61,325 nt of DNA from a virus (taxonomy: Duplodnaviria; Caudoviricetes). Positions 44,608 to 52,339 of this stretch are shown piece after piece. Positions within the stretch are counted from its first letter, which is position 1. Every line of letters starts with the position of its first letter. The position numbers and the translations under genes were made by a program. Under the pieces are notes generated by a model that saw only the letters and a list, made by a program, of their open reading frames with translations, ran no database searches and was not told where the DNA came from. The DNA is taken from IMG/VR virus record IMGVR_UViG_3300032321_000377, positions 1-61,325 of that record; one strand, written 5' to 3'.

Positions 44608-45786
44608 TCAGTCCTCTATATGTATAGTTGTTCCTACGTCTGCACATGCCGATGGATTGCCCTGAATACACCACAACACAGGCACACTCCATTGACCCCA
44701 TGACCCACCCAAGTAGCCATCTGTTAGTACTATTACTAACTCGGGCTTGATACCATGCTCATTCATATACATAGGCACACACTCAACATCCGTACCACCA
44801 CCGCCCATAGGCTTAGTTGATCTCACAATGTCATCACGAGTTTGTTCGTCATAGACTTCATGACCACACACCCCTGTGTCCCAATACACGATACGAACCT
44901 TGCTCGGCTTAACTTGGTCGCAGATACCCTTGATCTCGGTTAAGAACTTGGTTAATTCGTTTTGGCCGATTGACCCCGAGGTATCTATCGCTATAAGAAG
45001 TTCGCCCATTGTTTCGCTTATCGAACTCGGCATAAGAATATCCATGCCAATGAATCTTCGATTCGGCTTTTTCCACGTTGAGTAATCCTTACCAGCGCAA
45101 GTGGTGGACACATAGTCACGCAGTAACTCTCGCCAATCTTTCTTGGTTTGTAGTAACTCGTTAATGTCTCTGTTGCCACCCGACCCAGTTTTACCAGCCA
45201 GCATTGAACCTTGACGCACTGCTTCGTCAATTTCCTTAGCCAGTTGCTCGGCTTCTTCGGCGGACAGTTGTTGCGCCCCTTCCCAATCGTGCTCGTCAAA
45301 AGAAGATGCCAGTGACCCCCCTTCTCCATCTTCGTCTTCATCATCTTCTAGTAAGTCAAAGACTTGTTTAGCGTTCATGTCCCGATACTTAATATCTAAG
45401 CACCCACCATCAGGCATCTTGATAAACCCCTTCAAGTCCATGTCCTCTAACTTTAAGTTGATAACGTAATCACACGCACGATTAGCACGACCAGCGTTCA
45501 GCTTATGCAAGTCGCCCCATGTAGTCAGATGCCTATACATCTTGTGGTAGCACTCATGCAACATCAAGAACCTAAACTCGGCATCAGTCAAACTATCCAC
45601 AAACTCCCTACCATATAACTCGTCACGACCATTGGTACACGCCGTGGGTAGACCATCTATGATCTTCTTGCTACCGATCATGAGCACACCAGCGAGGGCT
45701 ACGAACTCGTCACGACCTAGTATGTCTGTCGTTGCTTTCCATAACCTCTGCTCGGCGGTCAATGTTTTACCTATTGCTAGACTCAT
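44608..45786 (-). CDS. Metallopeptidase-like + VWA domain protein (DUF2201-like)
   Basis: HECYH, N.A.D..IN, IDTSGS (MIDAS), GGGTD and LTDG. Confidence 0.88.
   Translation of the reverse strand: MSLAIGKTLTAEQRLWKATTDILGRDEFVALAGVLMIGSKKIIDGLPTACTNGRDELYGREFVDSLTDAEFRFLMLHECYHKMYRHLTTWGDLHKLNAGRANRACDYVINLKLEDMDLKGFIKMPDGGCLDIKYRDMNAKQVFDLLEDDEDEDGEGGSLASSFDEHDWEGAQQLSAEEAEQLAKEIDEAVRQGSMLAGKTGSGGNRDINELLQTKKDWRELLRDYVSTTCAGKDYSTWKKPNRRFIGMDILMPSSISETMGELLIAIDTSGSIGQNELTKFLTEIKGICDQVKPSKVRIVYWDTGVCGHEVYDEQTRDDIVRSTKPMGGGGTDVECVPMYMNEHGIKPELVIVLTDGYLGGSWGQWSVPVLWCIQGNPSACADVGTTIHIED
44722..44741. promoter_or_regulatory. Palindrome copy 3 (intragenic)
   Basis: tGTTAGTActatTACTAACt; encodes LVIVLT on the minus strand. 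Confidence 0.75.
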
Positions 45787-45796
45787 ATCATTCTCC

Positions 45797-45816
45797 TGTT
45801 AGTAATGTTACTAACC
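45797..45816. promoter_or_regulatory. Palindrome copy 4
   Basis: tGTTAGTAatgtTACTAACc; abuts the SD of the VWA gene. Confidence 0.85.
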
Positions 45817-45818
45817 GA

Positions 45819-46943
45819 TTACTTCTTATCGGCAGTGAACATAAAGTTGTTAGCCATGCACCATGCGGTGAACTTCTTATTAGTCATGACCAGCCCTTGT
45901 CTCTGATACTTCGGGTTACGCACTTGCATAGCGAACAATGACTGCGCTTCCATATCTAATCTACCGAGGTAGTCCATCCATGGATCAATCCATTCCTTAT
46001 TGATAGTTGCCAATGCTCGGTACACCACCATCACTACTGCTGATGACGTGCTAGGAACTTTAGCGTTCATAGGGTCTGTCTTAATATCTTCGACACGAGG
46101 TAAGTCATCCACCAAGCGGATATACGCACCGAGGTCTGAGCCAGCCCGATCACCGATAGTGCCGATGAGGTTAGACTTCAATGAGTTGTCGCTTAGTTTG
46201 TCCTTAGCCCATAGCCAATGACTAGCAAGTTCTAATGAGCGAGGGGTTACAAAAGCGGGTCGCTGAGTCTGAGGATGATAGATATAGGGGTTTCCACCTA
46301 CTTCGTCGTCAGGTTTCTCGATGTCCTCGAATGACTGGAATAACTGCTCGCCATTCTCCTTGACCCATAGAATCATAGACGGGTGAATACCAGCGTTAAA
46401 TGCGAACCCTTCTATCCACTCGTTAGCGGTTGGTTTCTTCATACGGATAGTTGTTATACGATTGCGGTGATGAGGCATAAGTAAGTCGCCCACTCCCTCT
46501 GTCCCGAGGTTAGTTGTCGCAAAGATTATCGAACCATCAGGTAACTTATCAGTACCAAAGGTACGCTCTAACATCACACGCATCATGCCGTTCTTGACCA
46601 TCGGATTGGCTTTACCGAACTCGTCAATCATGAGAATGATCGGTTTGCCATGATGTAAGCCCATCTCCTCGTTAGGTACAAAGCGTACAAAGTCTTGGGT
46701 ACTGTCGTCACGCAGTATTTTCGGCAACATCAAATCGCCGAGGTCTTTCGTGGTGCAGTCAAAGTAGCAAGGTACATGGTTGGGTAACTTCTGTGCCAAC
46801 ATCTTGAGGATTGAGGATTTCCCTGTTCCCATATGACCTTGAACCAAGGTCGTGATTCTATCCCCTGTTGCCATGATGGATTCCACGCACTCGTCAAGTG
46901 ACTGTGCATAGATGCGGTCTGCGGTTTGGATTGCTTTTGCCAT
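45819..46943 (-). CDS. AAA+ ATPase (MoxR-like)
   Basis: GHMGTGKS Walker A, MIDE Walker B, ATTN sensor, TPRS. Confidence 0.88.
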   Translation of the reverse strand: MAKAIQTADRIYAQSLDECVESIMATGDRITTLVQGHMGTGKSSILKMLAQKLPNHVPCYFDCTTKDLGDLMLPKILRDDSTQDFVRFVPNEEMGLHHGKPIILMIDEFGKANPMVKNGMMRVMLERTFGTDKLPDGSIIFATTNLGTEGVGDLLMPHHRNRITTIRMKKPTANEWIEGFAFNAGIHPSMILWVKENGEQLFQSFEDIEKPDDEVGGNPYIYHPQTQRPAFVTPRSLELASHWLWAKDKLSDNSLKSNLIGTIGDRAGSDLGAYIRLVDDLPRVEDIKTDPMNAKVPSTSSAVVMVVYRALATINKEWIDPWMDYLGRLDMEAQSLFAMQVRNPKYQRQGLVMTNKKFTAWCMANNFMFTADKK

Positions 46944-46957
46944 TTTAATTTCCTTTT

Positions 46958-46977
46958 TGTTAGTAAAGTTACTACGG
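46958..46977. promoter_or_regulatory. Palindrome copy 5 (2 mismatches)
   Basis: tGTTAGTAaagtTACTAcg; just upstream of the ATPase SD. Confidence 0.7.
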
Positions 46978-47060
46978 GTTAGTGGTACTAGAGATACCTT
47001 TTCTTAAAACTCTAATCGTTACAGCGCCAGATACAGGGTGGAATACCACCCCATAACGTC

Positions 47061-47960
47061 TTACCACGAAAGTTCTTTGATTAAAGAATCTACCTTGCTC
47101 TTAACATCTAAGCGTAGGTAGTCGTCCTCACGCAGTGCATCGGGGGTAATCCCTAGCATTACGGATTCGAGTTTGTGCTTGGCGGTGCGCATTTTTGGGT
47201 CGCCCGTCACGTTGAACTTCTCCAATAGGTCTACCATATCCATGACATTACTCACGAGGGTATCCCTGAATATCTGCTTCTTATCACCTGATAACTTCTC
47301 TGACATACGGGTTAGTGCTTCGTGGGTACGCTCCCATACATCGGCATATGCTGACTCTAAGTTGCTCTGATAGTAGTTGGCATAGCTTTCCTTTAGGATT
47401 GCTTCGGCTTCCTGTCCTACATTGACTCGCCAATCACCCACTTCGGGTACGGGTGCAAACTTGACCGAGAACTTAAACTTATCCCTCACCATTTCAACGG
47501 GTGGGTAGTCATCTTGATTGAATAGTGTTCCTAGCTTCATCTGTGACTGCAATACCAGCTTGTCATAAGAACTTAAGAAGGTCTCTACTAATTGGTCGAA
47601 CTCCTGCTCCATGGCAGTTATCTCCCGTTGGTAGTCAAAGAACATGCTCGTTGTTAGTAGTCGCAAACCTGAGTCACTCCATGGCATAGTCGCATGGTAG
47701 TGGTAGGTTCGGCTATTGCCAGCGAACTTCTGAATCGCATCGAATACGGGTTCGTCTGCGAACAATCGCTTACTGTAATTACCCGCCCTTGTGGTGGTTT
47801 GTTTTTGGGTGTCAATCTCTTGGCTTACCCCTTTGTCGAACTTGCGACCTGTCCATACGCTAATGTTTAACTCGACCAGCATCGCTGAACTACTGATACT
47901 TGGGATTGATACTGTTGGTGCGTTGTTAGTAATGTTACTAACTTGGTTACTCGTTTCCAT
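47061..47960 (-). CDS. DUF3150-like early protein
   Basis: LVELNISVWTGRK.D, T.PW...G.RLL and DYP motifs; adjacent to the AAA/VWA pair. Confidence 0.65.
   Translation of the reverse strand: METSNQVSNITNNAPTVSIPSISSSAMLVELNISVWTGRKFDKGVSQEIDTQKQTTTRAGNYSKRLFADEPVFDAIQKFAGNSRTYHYHATMPWSDSGLRLLTTSMFFDYQREITAMEQEFDQLVETFLSSYDKLVLQSQMKLGTLFNQDDYPPVEMVRDKFKFSVKFAPVPEVGDWRVNVGQEAEAILKESYANYYQSNLESAYADVWERTHEALTRMSEKLSGDKKQIFRDTLVSNVMDMVDLLEKFNVTGDPKMRTAKHKLESVMLGITPDALREDDYLRLDVKSKVDSLIKELSW
47924..47943. promoter_or_regulatory. Palindrome copy 6 (intragenic, 5' end)
   Basis: tGTTAGTAatgtTACTAACt. Confidence 0.85.
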
Positions 47961-48017
47961 TTGGATTTCCTTTTATTAAGATACTACTGTTTAACATCTT
48001 TTACCACTATACTATAT

Positions 48018-48046
48018 AGTTTACCACTTTATGCTTCTACTGTCCA
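48018..48046 (-). promoter_or_regulatory. Sigma70-like promoter
   Basis: Minus strand TGGACA-17 bp-TAAACT, with extended -10 TG. Confidence 0.55.
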
Positions 48047-48189
48047 GTTTTCAAGCCACCGATAATCCTTCTAGGTAGGTATAAGGTGATGCGTTCCTCG
48101 TCCATACTCTGCAAGGTAACCTCGGTTTCCGTCCAAGCCAATACGACATAGGTTCTTTTCCCTATGCGTTTAATATCGCCCGTTCTCAT
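48037..48189 (-). CDS. Hypothetical protein (50 aa)
   Basis: MRTGDIKRIGKRTYVVLAW...; ATGA coupling. Confidence 0.5.
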   Translation of the reverse strand: MRTGDIKRIGKRTYVVLAWTETEVTLQSMDEERITLYLPRRIIGGLKTGQ

Positions 48190-48425
48190 AATGACACCCA
48201 CTTTTCAAAGCCTACGGCAAAGGTATACAGAATAAATAGGGTAAATACCCATATCACTATCCAGCCAAGATATTCCTTGGTTCTATCCCACTCGCTCTCG
48301 CATCGCCATAAGGCGCAAGCGTAATCGGCATCTTTAAATGCCTCACTTACTGTGCGGTGAGTTCGGCTACTGTGGATAAACTTCGCTGGGTCATCGCCCA
48401 CGTATTGCTTTTTAGGTGTTCTCAT
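48186..48425 (-). CDS. Small membrane protein
   Basis: RTVSEAFKDADYA followed by a C-terminal TM helix. Confidence 0.7.
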   Translation of the reverse strand: MRTPKKQYVGDDPAKFIHSSRTHRTVSEAFKDADYACALWRCESEWDRTKEYLGWIVIWVFTLFILYTFAVGFEKWVSL

Positions 48426-48606
48426 TTGTCATTACCTCTTTCAGTTTAGTTAACTCCGCATCGAACTTATCACGACCTAACTTGTTGCGGATTTCCAAGA
48501 TTCGGTCAATCTTTCGCTTGTTGCCTAAAAATCTAGCCATGCTATTGCCACCAGCCACGACTGATAAAACTACTTCCATCAGGAAGATTCTGTCCTCTCC
48601 GTTCAT
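48412..48606 (-). CDS. Hypothetical protein
   Basis: Tiled ORF. Confidence 0.6.
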   Translation of the reverse strand: MNGEDRIFLMEVVLSVVAGGNSMARFLGNKRKIDRILEIRNKLGRDKFDAELTKLKEVMTNENT

Positions 48607-48788
48607 TCTGACCTTCCTAGTTCCATATACTGTTCTACTAAAATCAGCTTGTCCCTCATGCTTGTTAGGCAGTCGGTTCGGTTATCGTACCCAAGGCTCG
48701 TATAGCTACATCCGTTCAACAAATCACAGATGTCAAAGTAGACTTCTTGTACGCTTGTTAATGCTTGGTTATCTGATATAGCCATCAC
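48603..48788 (-). CDS. Hypothetical protein
   Basis: Tiled ORF. Confidence 0.6.
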   Translation of the reverse strand: MMAISDNQALTSVQEVYFDICDLLNGCSYTSLGYDNRTDCLTSMRDKLILVEQYMELGRSE

Positions 48789-49021
48789 TCGTTTATCCTT
48801 TTCGGGTTAAGTTGTTTAAGGTCTGTTGCGTTCGTCACGGATACATAGTTGGACTTGTGCATCGGCACGACTGTGAACTTGCGAGATTTAGCGATTTCGT
48901 CTCCACAAGGTAAGCAGAAGGCATAACCCAAGTGCATACGTTCTAGTGGGTAAGACTCATCACATATTTTGCAGTGCGGTTGATATTGCCTAAGTTGATC
49001 TGTACGGCGAACTTTGTTCAT
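48785..49021 (-). CDS. Zn-finger protein (CKIC...CLPC)
   Basis: C..C......R...G...C..C. SD AGGAG; first gene after the promoter. Confidence 0.75.
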   Translation of the reverse strand: MNKVRRTDQLRQYQPHCKICDESYPLERMHLGYAFCLPCGDEIAKSRKFTVVPMHKSNYVSVTNATDLKQLNPKRINE

Positions 49022-49053
49022 TCAGTGTATCTCCTGTTAAGTTGTTTATCCTG

Positions 49054-49073
49054 TGTTAGTAACATTACTAACA
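49054..49073. promoter_or_regulatory. Palindrome copy 7
   Basis: TGTTAGTAacatTACTAACA, between the promoter and the first gene. Confidence 0.85.
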
Positions 49074-49118
49074 GCAGAACCCTGTGGACGAAATTGAATA
49101 TTTCCCGACCATATATAA

Positions 49119-49147
49119 ATTATAACCTATATAACTATCAAAGTCAA
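49119..49147 (-). promoter_or_regulatory. Near-consensus sigma70 early promoter
   Basis: Minus strand TTGACT-17 bp-TATAAT. Confidence 0.8.
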
Positions 49148-49200
49148 GTAAATGATAGTAAAGAGTATTTGAACCTATTGAACTTTATTTGTAGTTGTTG

Positions 49201-49409
49201 TAAGTTATTGATTATATTGTTTTGTTCGGAATGTTCGTATTGTTCTGCCATTTTTAGGGTACTTGACTTTAAAAAAGAAGAGAGAGGAATCTCTGCATTT
49301 TCGTTTTTGTTTTTCGTTTGCCACCCTTCCTCGAAAATCGGGGTTCAAAGCGAACATTACGAACAATACTTATAAATCAAGGACTTAGCAAAGAACAATA
49401 CCCCGAACA
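49201..49409. other. Candidate replication origin: inverted IHF-consensus sites and 9-bp-phased TGTTC/GAACA repeats
   Basis: WATCAANNNNTTR at 49201-49213 (-) and 49375-49387 (+). TGTTC at 49223/49232/49241; GAACA at 49352/49361/49393/49405. Confidence 0.5.
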
Positions 49410-49461
49410 TTACCAACTAAAAAAACTACAATAGCAGGGTTAACCCTAAGGTTAGCCAGCA

Positions 49462-49581
49462 ACCCTGTGTGGCTCGCTTCTTCTAGTCACTGGCATCACT
49501 GTTAGTAACATTACTAACAACGCTTAACTTCGCATCACGCAACGACCCTGTGCGACTCGCTACTCCAAGTCACTGGCATCA
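49462..49581. repeat. Imperfect 37-bp direct repeat (49462-49498 and 49545-49581)
   Basis: ACCCTGTG..ctcgct......AGTCACTGGCATCA occurs twice, 83 bp apart. Confidence 0.8.
49500..49519. promoter_or_regulatory. Palindrome copy 8
   Basis: TGTTAGTAacatTACTAACA. Confidence 0.85.
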
Positions 49582-49594
49582 TAGGGTAAACCCT

Positions 49595-49614
49595 TGTTAG
49601 TAAAAATACTAACG
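49595..49614. promoter_or_regulatory. Palindrome copy 9
   Basis: tGTTAGTAaaaaTACTAACg. Confidence 0.8.
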
Positions 49615-49659
49615 GGATGGGAAAAGATATTAAGCCGAAAGTAGTAAAAATTAGGGCGC

Positions 49660-49682
49660 AAAAAAGCCCGCCGAAGCGGGCT
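49660..49682 (-). terminator. Intrinsic terminator with UUCG tetraloop
   Basis: Minus strand AGCCCGC-TTCG-GCGGGCT-TTTTT. Confidence 0.9.
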
Positions 49683-49696
49683 AAGATATTAAGGGC

Positions 49697-49727
49697 AAAA
49701 AAAAACCCAGCTTGTCAGGCTGGGTTT
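49697..49727 (-). terminator. Intrinsic terminator
   Basis: Minus strand AAACCCAGC..GCTGGG followed by a 9-T run, just after the stop of 49734..50300. Confidence 0.85.
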
Positions 49728-49733
49728 AGGGTA

Positions 49734-50300
49734 CTACGCTCCGATGTCGCTTTCAATCAACTTCTTAATGCTTGCTTTATGCTCAGGGATATTGAATGAA
49801 GCCTTTTCCAACTTACCTAAGCGATCAAGGGCAGACATTAAATCCTTGAAATACATTCCTTCTGCACTTGTTTTCTCAGTAGATTTACCTTCGATAGCGA
49901 TACGCTCACGCTCTACCAAAGCCCTACGATAATAAGCGAACTCACTACCAATTTGTTGTTGCAAAGCCCGCTTAGTTGCCTTTTCCAAATCGCCTAGAGT
50001 TTTTGATTCCTTAGCTAGTAAAGCCTGAGCATCAAGATCAAAGCCCAAAACAATAGCCCGCTTAATTGAATCACACAATGGAGCCTTTTCCTTGTTGGAT
50101 AAATCAAGATCAAAGGATTTAAGCCCGCTTGTTTCCATCAAATCAACAGTTTGCTTTTTGGTTTTGCTAGCATCTAAGCTCTTTTTGGTGCCCTTTGTGA
50201 TCAGGGTAGCGATCTCAGTAGAGATTACCTGAGCCTTTACCAAAGCGCCTTTAGCAATTGCCATAGGGTTATTGAGAGCGGATGTGTTTACTTGTGTCAT
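49734..50300 (-). CDS. Stand-alone first early gene, unknown function
   Basis: SD AAGGA before ATG 50300; has its own promoter and a double terminator. Confidence 0.8.
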   Translation of the reverse strand: MTQVNTSALNNPMAIAKGALVKAQVISTEIATLITKGTKKSLDASKTKKQTVDLMETSGLKSFDLDLSNKEKAPLCDSIKRAIVLGFDLDAQALLAKESKTLGDLEKATKRALQQQIGSEFAYYRRALVERERIAIEGKSTEKTSAEGMYFKDLMSALDRLGKLEKASFNIPEHKASIKKLIESDIGA

Positions 50301-50478
50301 TTTTATTTCCTTTAAAAAGTGAATGGATAGATAGCGCAATACTCAACTCGGGCATAACTCAGGGCGCAAATATCCTGAGATCGAAGCCGTCCCTTTTTAC
50401 CCCTTGCGCTTAGCAGACAATTCAAGCCAGCGCCTAGATCAGGGTTCAAAGTAATCTGATTAAGTAATCATTGAAATC

Positions 50479-50507
50479 AGTATAAAGAATATCCTATAAG
50501 ATGTCAA
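50479..50507 (-). promoter_or_regulatory. Near-consensus sigma70 promoter
   Basis: Minus strand TTGACA-17 bp-TATACT. Confidence 0.85.
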
Positions 50508-50518
50508 TGTTTACTAGC

Positions 50519-50538
50519 TGTTAGTAATATTACTAACA
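50519..50538. promoter_or_regulatory. Palindrome copy 10 (perfect 20-bp palindrome)
   Basis: TGTTAGTAATATTACTAACA, 11 bp upstream of the -35 box. Confidence 0.85.
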
Positions 50539-50755
50539 AAATGATACCCAGCCAAAGCAACACCCCCATAGCCCGTTTTTGTCAGATGGGACTCCGTTGG
50601 CTACTGGTATGCTATTTCGCACGCTACATGATTAAAATTCCTGTTTCGGCCCCAAGTATAAAAAAGTACCTACCTAGGAACACCCCCCGTCACTAAATAA
50701 AAAGCCCACGTAAAAAAATTTTTGTGTAAAATTTTAGGAATATCAAGGAGGTACA

Positions 50756-50902
50756 ATGAGTTCTTGGCTAATTATTGTTACGGGGTTGATCTATGCCTAT
50801 ATTGCGATTGAGCAAGGATTCAAAGGTAACCTTGCTATGTGTATCTGCTACGCTTGTTATGCTGGCGCTAATGTGGGTCTGTATATGATGGCTACCAAAT
50901 GA
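50756..50902 (+). CDS. Small membrane protein (48 aa)
   Basis: SD AAGGAGG; MSSWLIIVTGLIYAYIAIEQ...ANVGLYMMATK*. Confidence 0.7.
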   Translation: MSSWLIIVTGLIYAYIAIEQGFKGNLAMCICYACYAGANVGLYMMATK

Positions 50903-51567
50903 ACACCATCGAAATCAATCTCAAAGCGTTGCCGAAAGATGTGCGCAAGTGGGTTGAGTACGAGATTTTGGTGAGTAACAGTCACGACATTCCTGTCAAG
51001 CTCTTATCTAAAAAGCATGTGATGATGGATGGCACACGGTGTGCTGGGTATTTTTGTAGTGAGAAACCTGAACTAACTGTGGCTTGCTACAAAGATCCGA
51101 GCGAGTGGATACCAATTATGGTTCATGAATCTTGCCATCGAGATCAGTACACAGAAAACGCACCTATCTGGAACAAAAAAATTCTAATTGACGGTGTGAA
51201 ACATGATCCAGTAACTTTGTTATGGGGTTGGCTGGCTAAGGATGTTGAGCTAAAGCCCAGGCAGCTAACAGCTGTAACCCGTGCAGTTATGTACTTAGAG
51301 CTTGATTGCGAGATCCGCTCCGCTAAGAAGATTGACGAGTTTTATCTACCGATTAACACCAAGGAATATATTCAGAAGGCGAACGCCTATGCGTATATGT
51401 ACTTGACTCTGCAATACACCCGACTTTGGTACCCTAAGGGTAAAGCCCCATTTTATTTAGCCGATGTCTGGACTAAGATGCCAACAGACTTTGATCGGGA
51501 ATATGACTGTATACCCACAAAGATAAAAAACTTGATACTGAGCAAATGCTATAACAAGAGAATCTAG
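50899..51567 (+). CDS. Putative zinc metallopeptidase
   Basis: G.F...VHESCH..Q...ELDCE zincin pattern. Confidence 0.65.
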   Translation: MNTIEINLKALPKDVRKWVEYEILVSNSHDIPVKLLSKKHVMMDGTRCAGYFCSEKPELTVACYKDPSEWIPIMVHESCHRDQYTENAPIWNKKILIDGVKHDPVTLLWGWLAKDVELKPRQLTAVTRAVMYLELDCEIRSAKKIDEFYLPINTKEYIQKANAYAYMYLTLQYTRLWYPKGKAPFYLADVWTKMPTDFDREYDCIPTKIKNLILSKCYNKRI

Positions 51568-51921
51568 ATGCCCTATAAGGATCCTAAAGTTAAAAAAGTG
51601 AAGCACGCTGAATACAGCCGAGAGCACTATTTGAGGAACCAGGCAGAAACAAAAGCAAAAACAAAAGAAACTAAATCTAAGCTAAAGGCAGAATGGTATG
51701 CGTTTAAAAGCACACTTAAATGCGCACATTGTGAGTTCTTCCACATCGCAGCCCTAGACTTTCACCACGAGGATCCGAGCACAAAAGAAGGTAATATCCA
51801 CGATTTCATATCCAACGGGCAGTTTGCCAAGGCATACGAGGAAATCAAGAAATGTATCGTACTGTGTGCGAATTGCCACAGAATCCACCACCACGAGCAA
51901 AAGAAAAAACCTGAGTTATAA
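51568..51921 (+). CDS. HNH endonuclease
   Basis: CAHC, LDFHH and LCANCHRIHH; close to the terminase genes. Confidence 0.85.
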   Translation: MPYKDPKVKKVKHAEYSREHYLRNQAETKAKTKETKSKLKAEWYAFKSTLKCAHCEFFHIAALDFHHEDPSTKEGNIHDFISNGQFAKAYEEIKKCIVLCANCHRIHHHEQKKKPEL

Positions 51922-51922
51922 T

Positions 51923-51953
51923 TGTTGCAGCGCAACATAATGTGTAATATACT
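51923..51953 (+). promoter_or_regulatory. Sigma70 promoter overlapped by a PhaR-box-like palindrome
   Basis: TGTTGC-AGC-GCAACA (51923-37) covers TTGCAG-17 bp-TATACT. Confidence 0.6.
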
Positions 51954-52013
51954 ACACATAACAGCTTATAAATGAGCTATTAATGAGTCCGTAACCTACT
52001 TAAGGAGTTATAT

Positions 52014-52160
52014 ATGATCTATACAGAATTTGAAAAACAGTACAAAGAAGCCACTAAGCAATACGAAGAAATCACAGAGCGCACCAAGCAAGCCTACGAG
52101 TTTTGGCTAAATGCTATGACATCTACTTGGGAAGATTTGTTCAAGACAAAAAAGAAGTAA
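52014..52160 (+). CDS. 48-aa amphipathic helical (phasin-like) protein
   Basis: SD TAAGGAG; MIYTEFEKQYKEATKQYEEITERTKQAYEFWLNAMTSTWEDLFKTKKK*. Confidence 0.7.
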   Translation: MIYTEFEKQYKEATKQYEEITERTKQAYEFWLNAMTSTWEDLFKTKKK

Positions 52161-52339
52161 AATACGGTCGGGGGTAAGGTCAGAGGATTCTCAGGCTTTT
52201 GGTTGCGCAACACCCCCACCAAACAATTTTGTGTATAAAATTTTCGGTTTTTTATACATGTGAGGAAGTACTTGTATAGTATTTTCGTTTTCCTATATAC
52301 TGCACGCATTAACATCTTTTAGTCTGGACAGTAGGCAAG

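Noticed and set aside
46978-46991. Extra half-site GTTAGTGGTACTAG next to palindrome copy 5
   Set aside because: The spacing is wrong, so it is not counted as a copy.
48974-49375. 133-aa plus-strand ORF
   Set aside because: It runs antisense across the promoter and origin-like elements, has no SD, and has an atypical composition.
49436-49614. Repeats with unique spacers resembling a mini CRISPR array
   Set aside because: Only two imperfect repeats, the spacer contains the dispersed palindrome, and there is no cas operon.
52166-52220. GGGGGT...ACCCCC stem enclosing GTTGCGCAAC after the phasin-like gene
   Set aside because: A single short helix with no U-tract. Too little to call a terminator, ncRNA or second operator.
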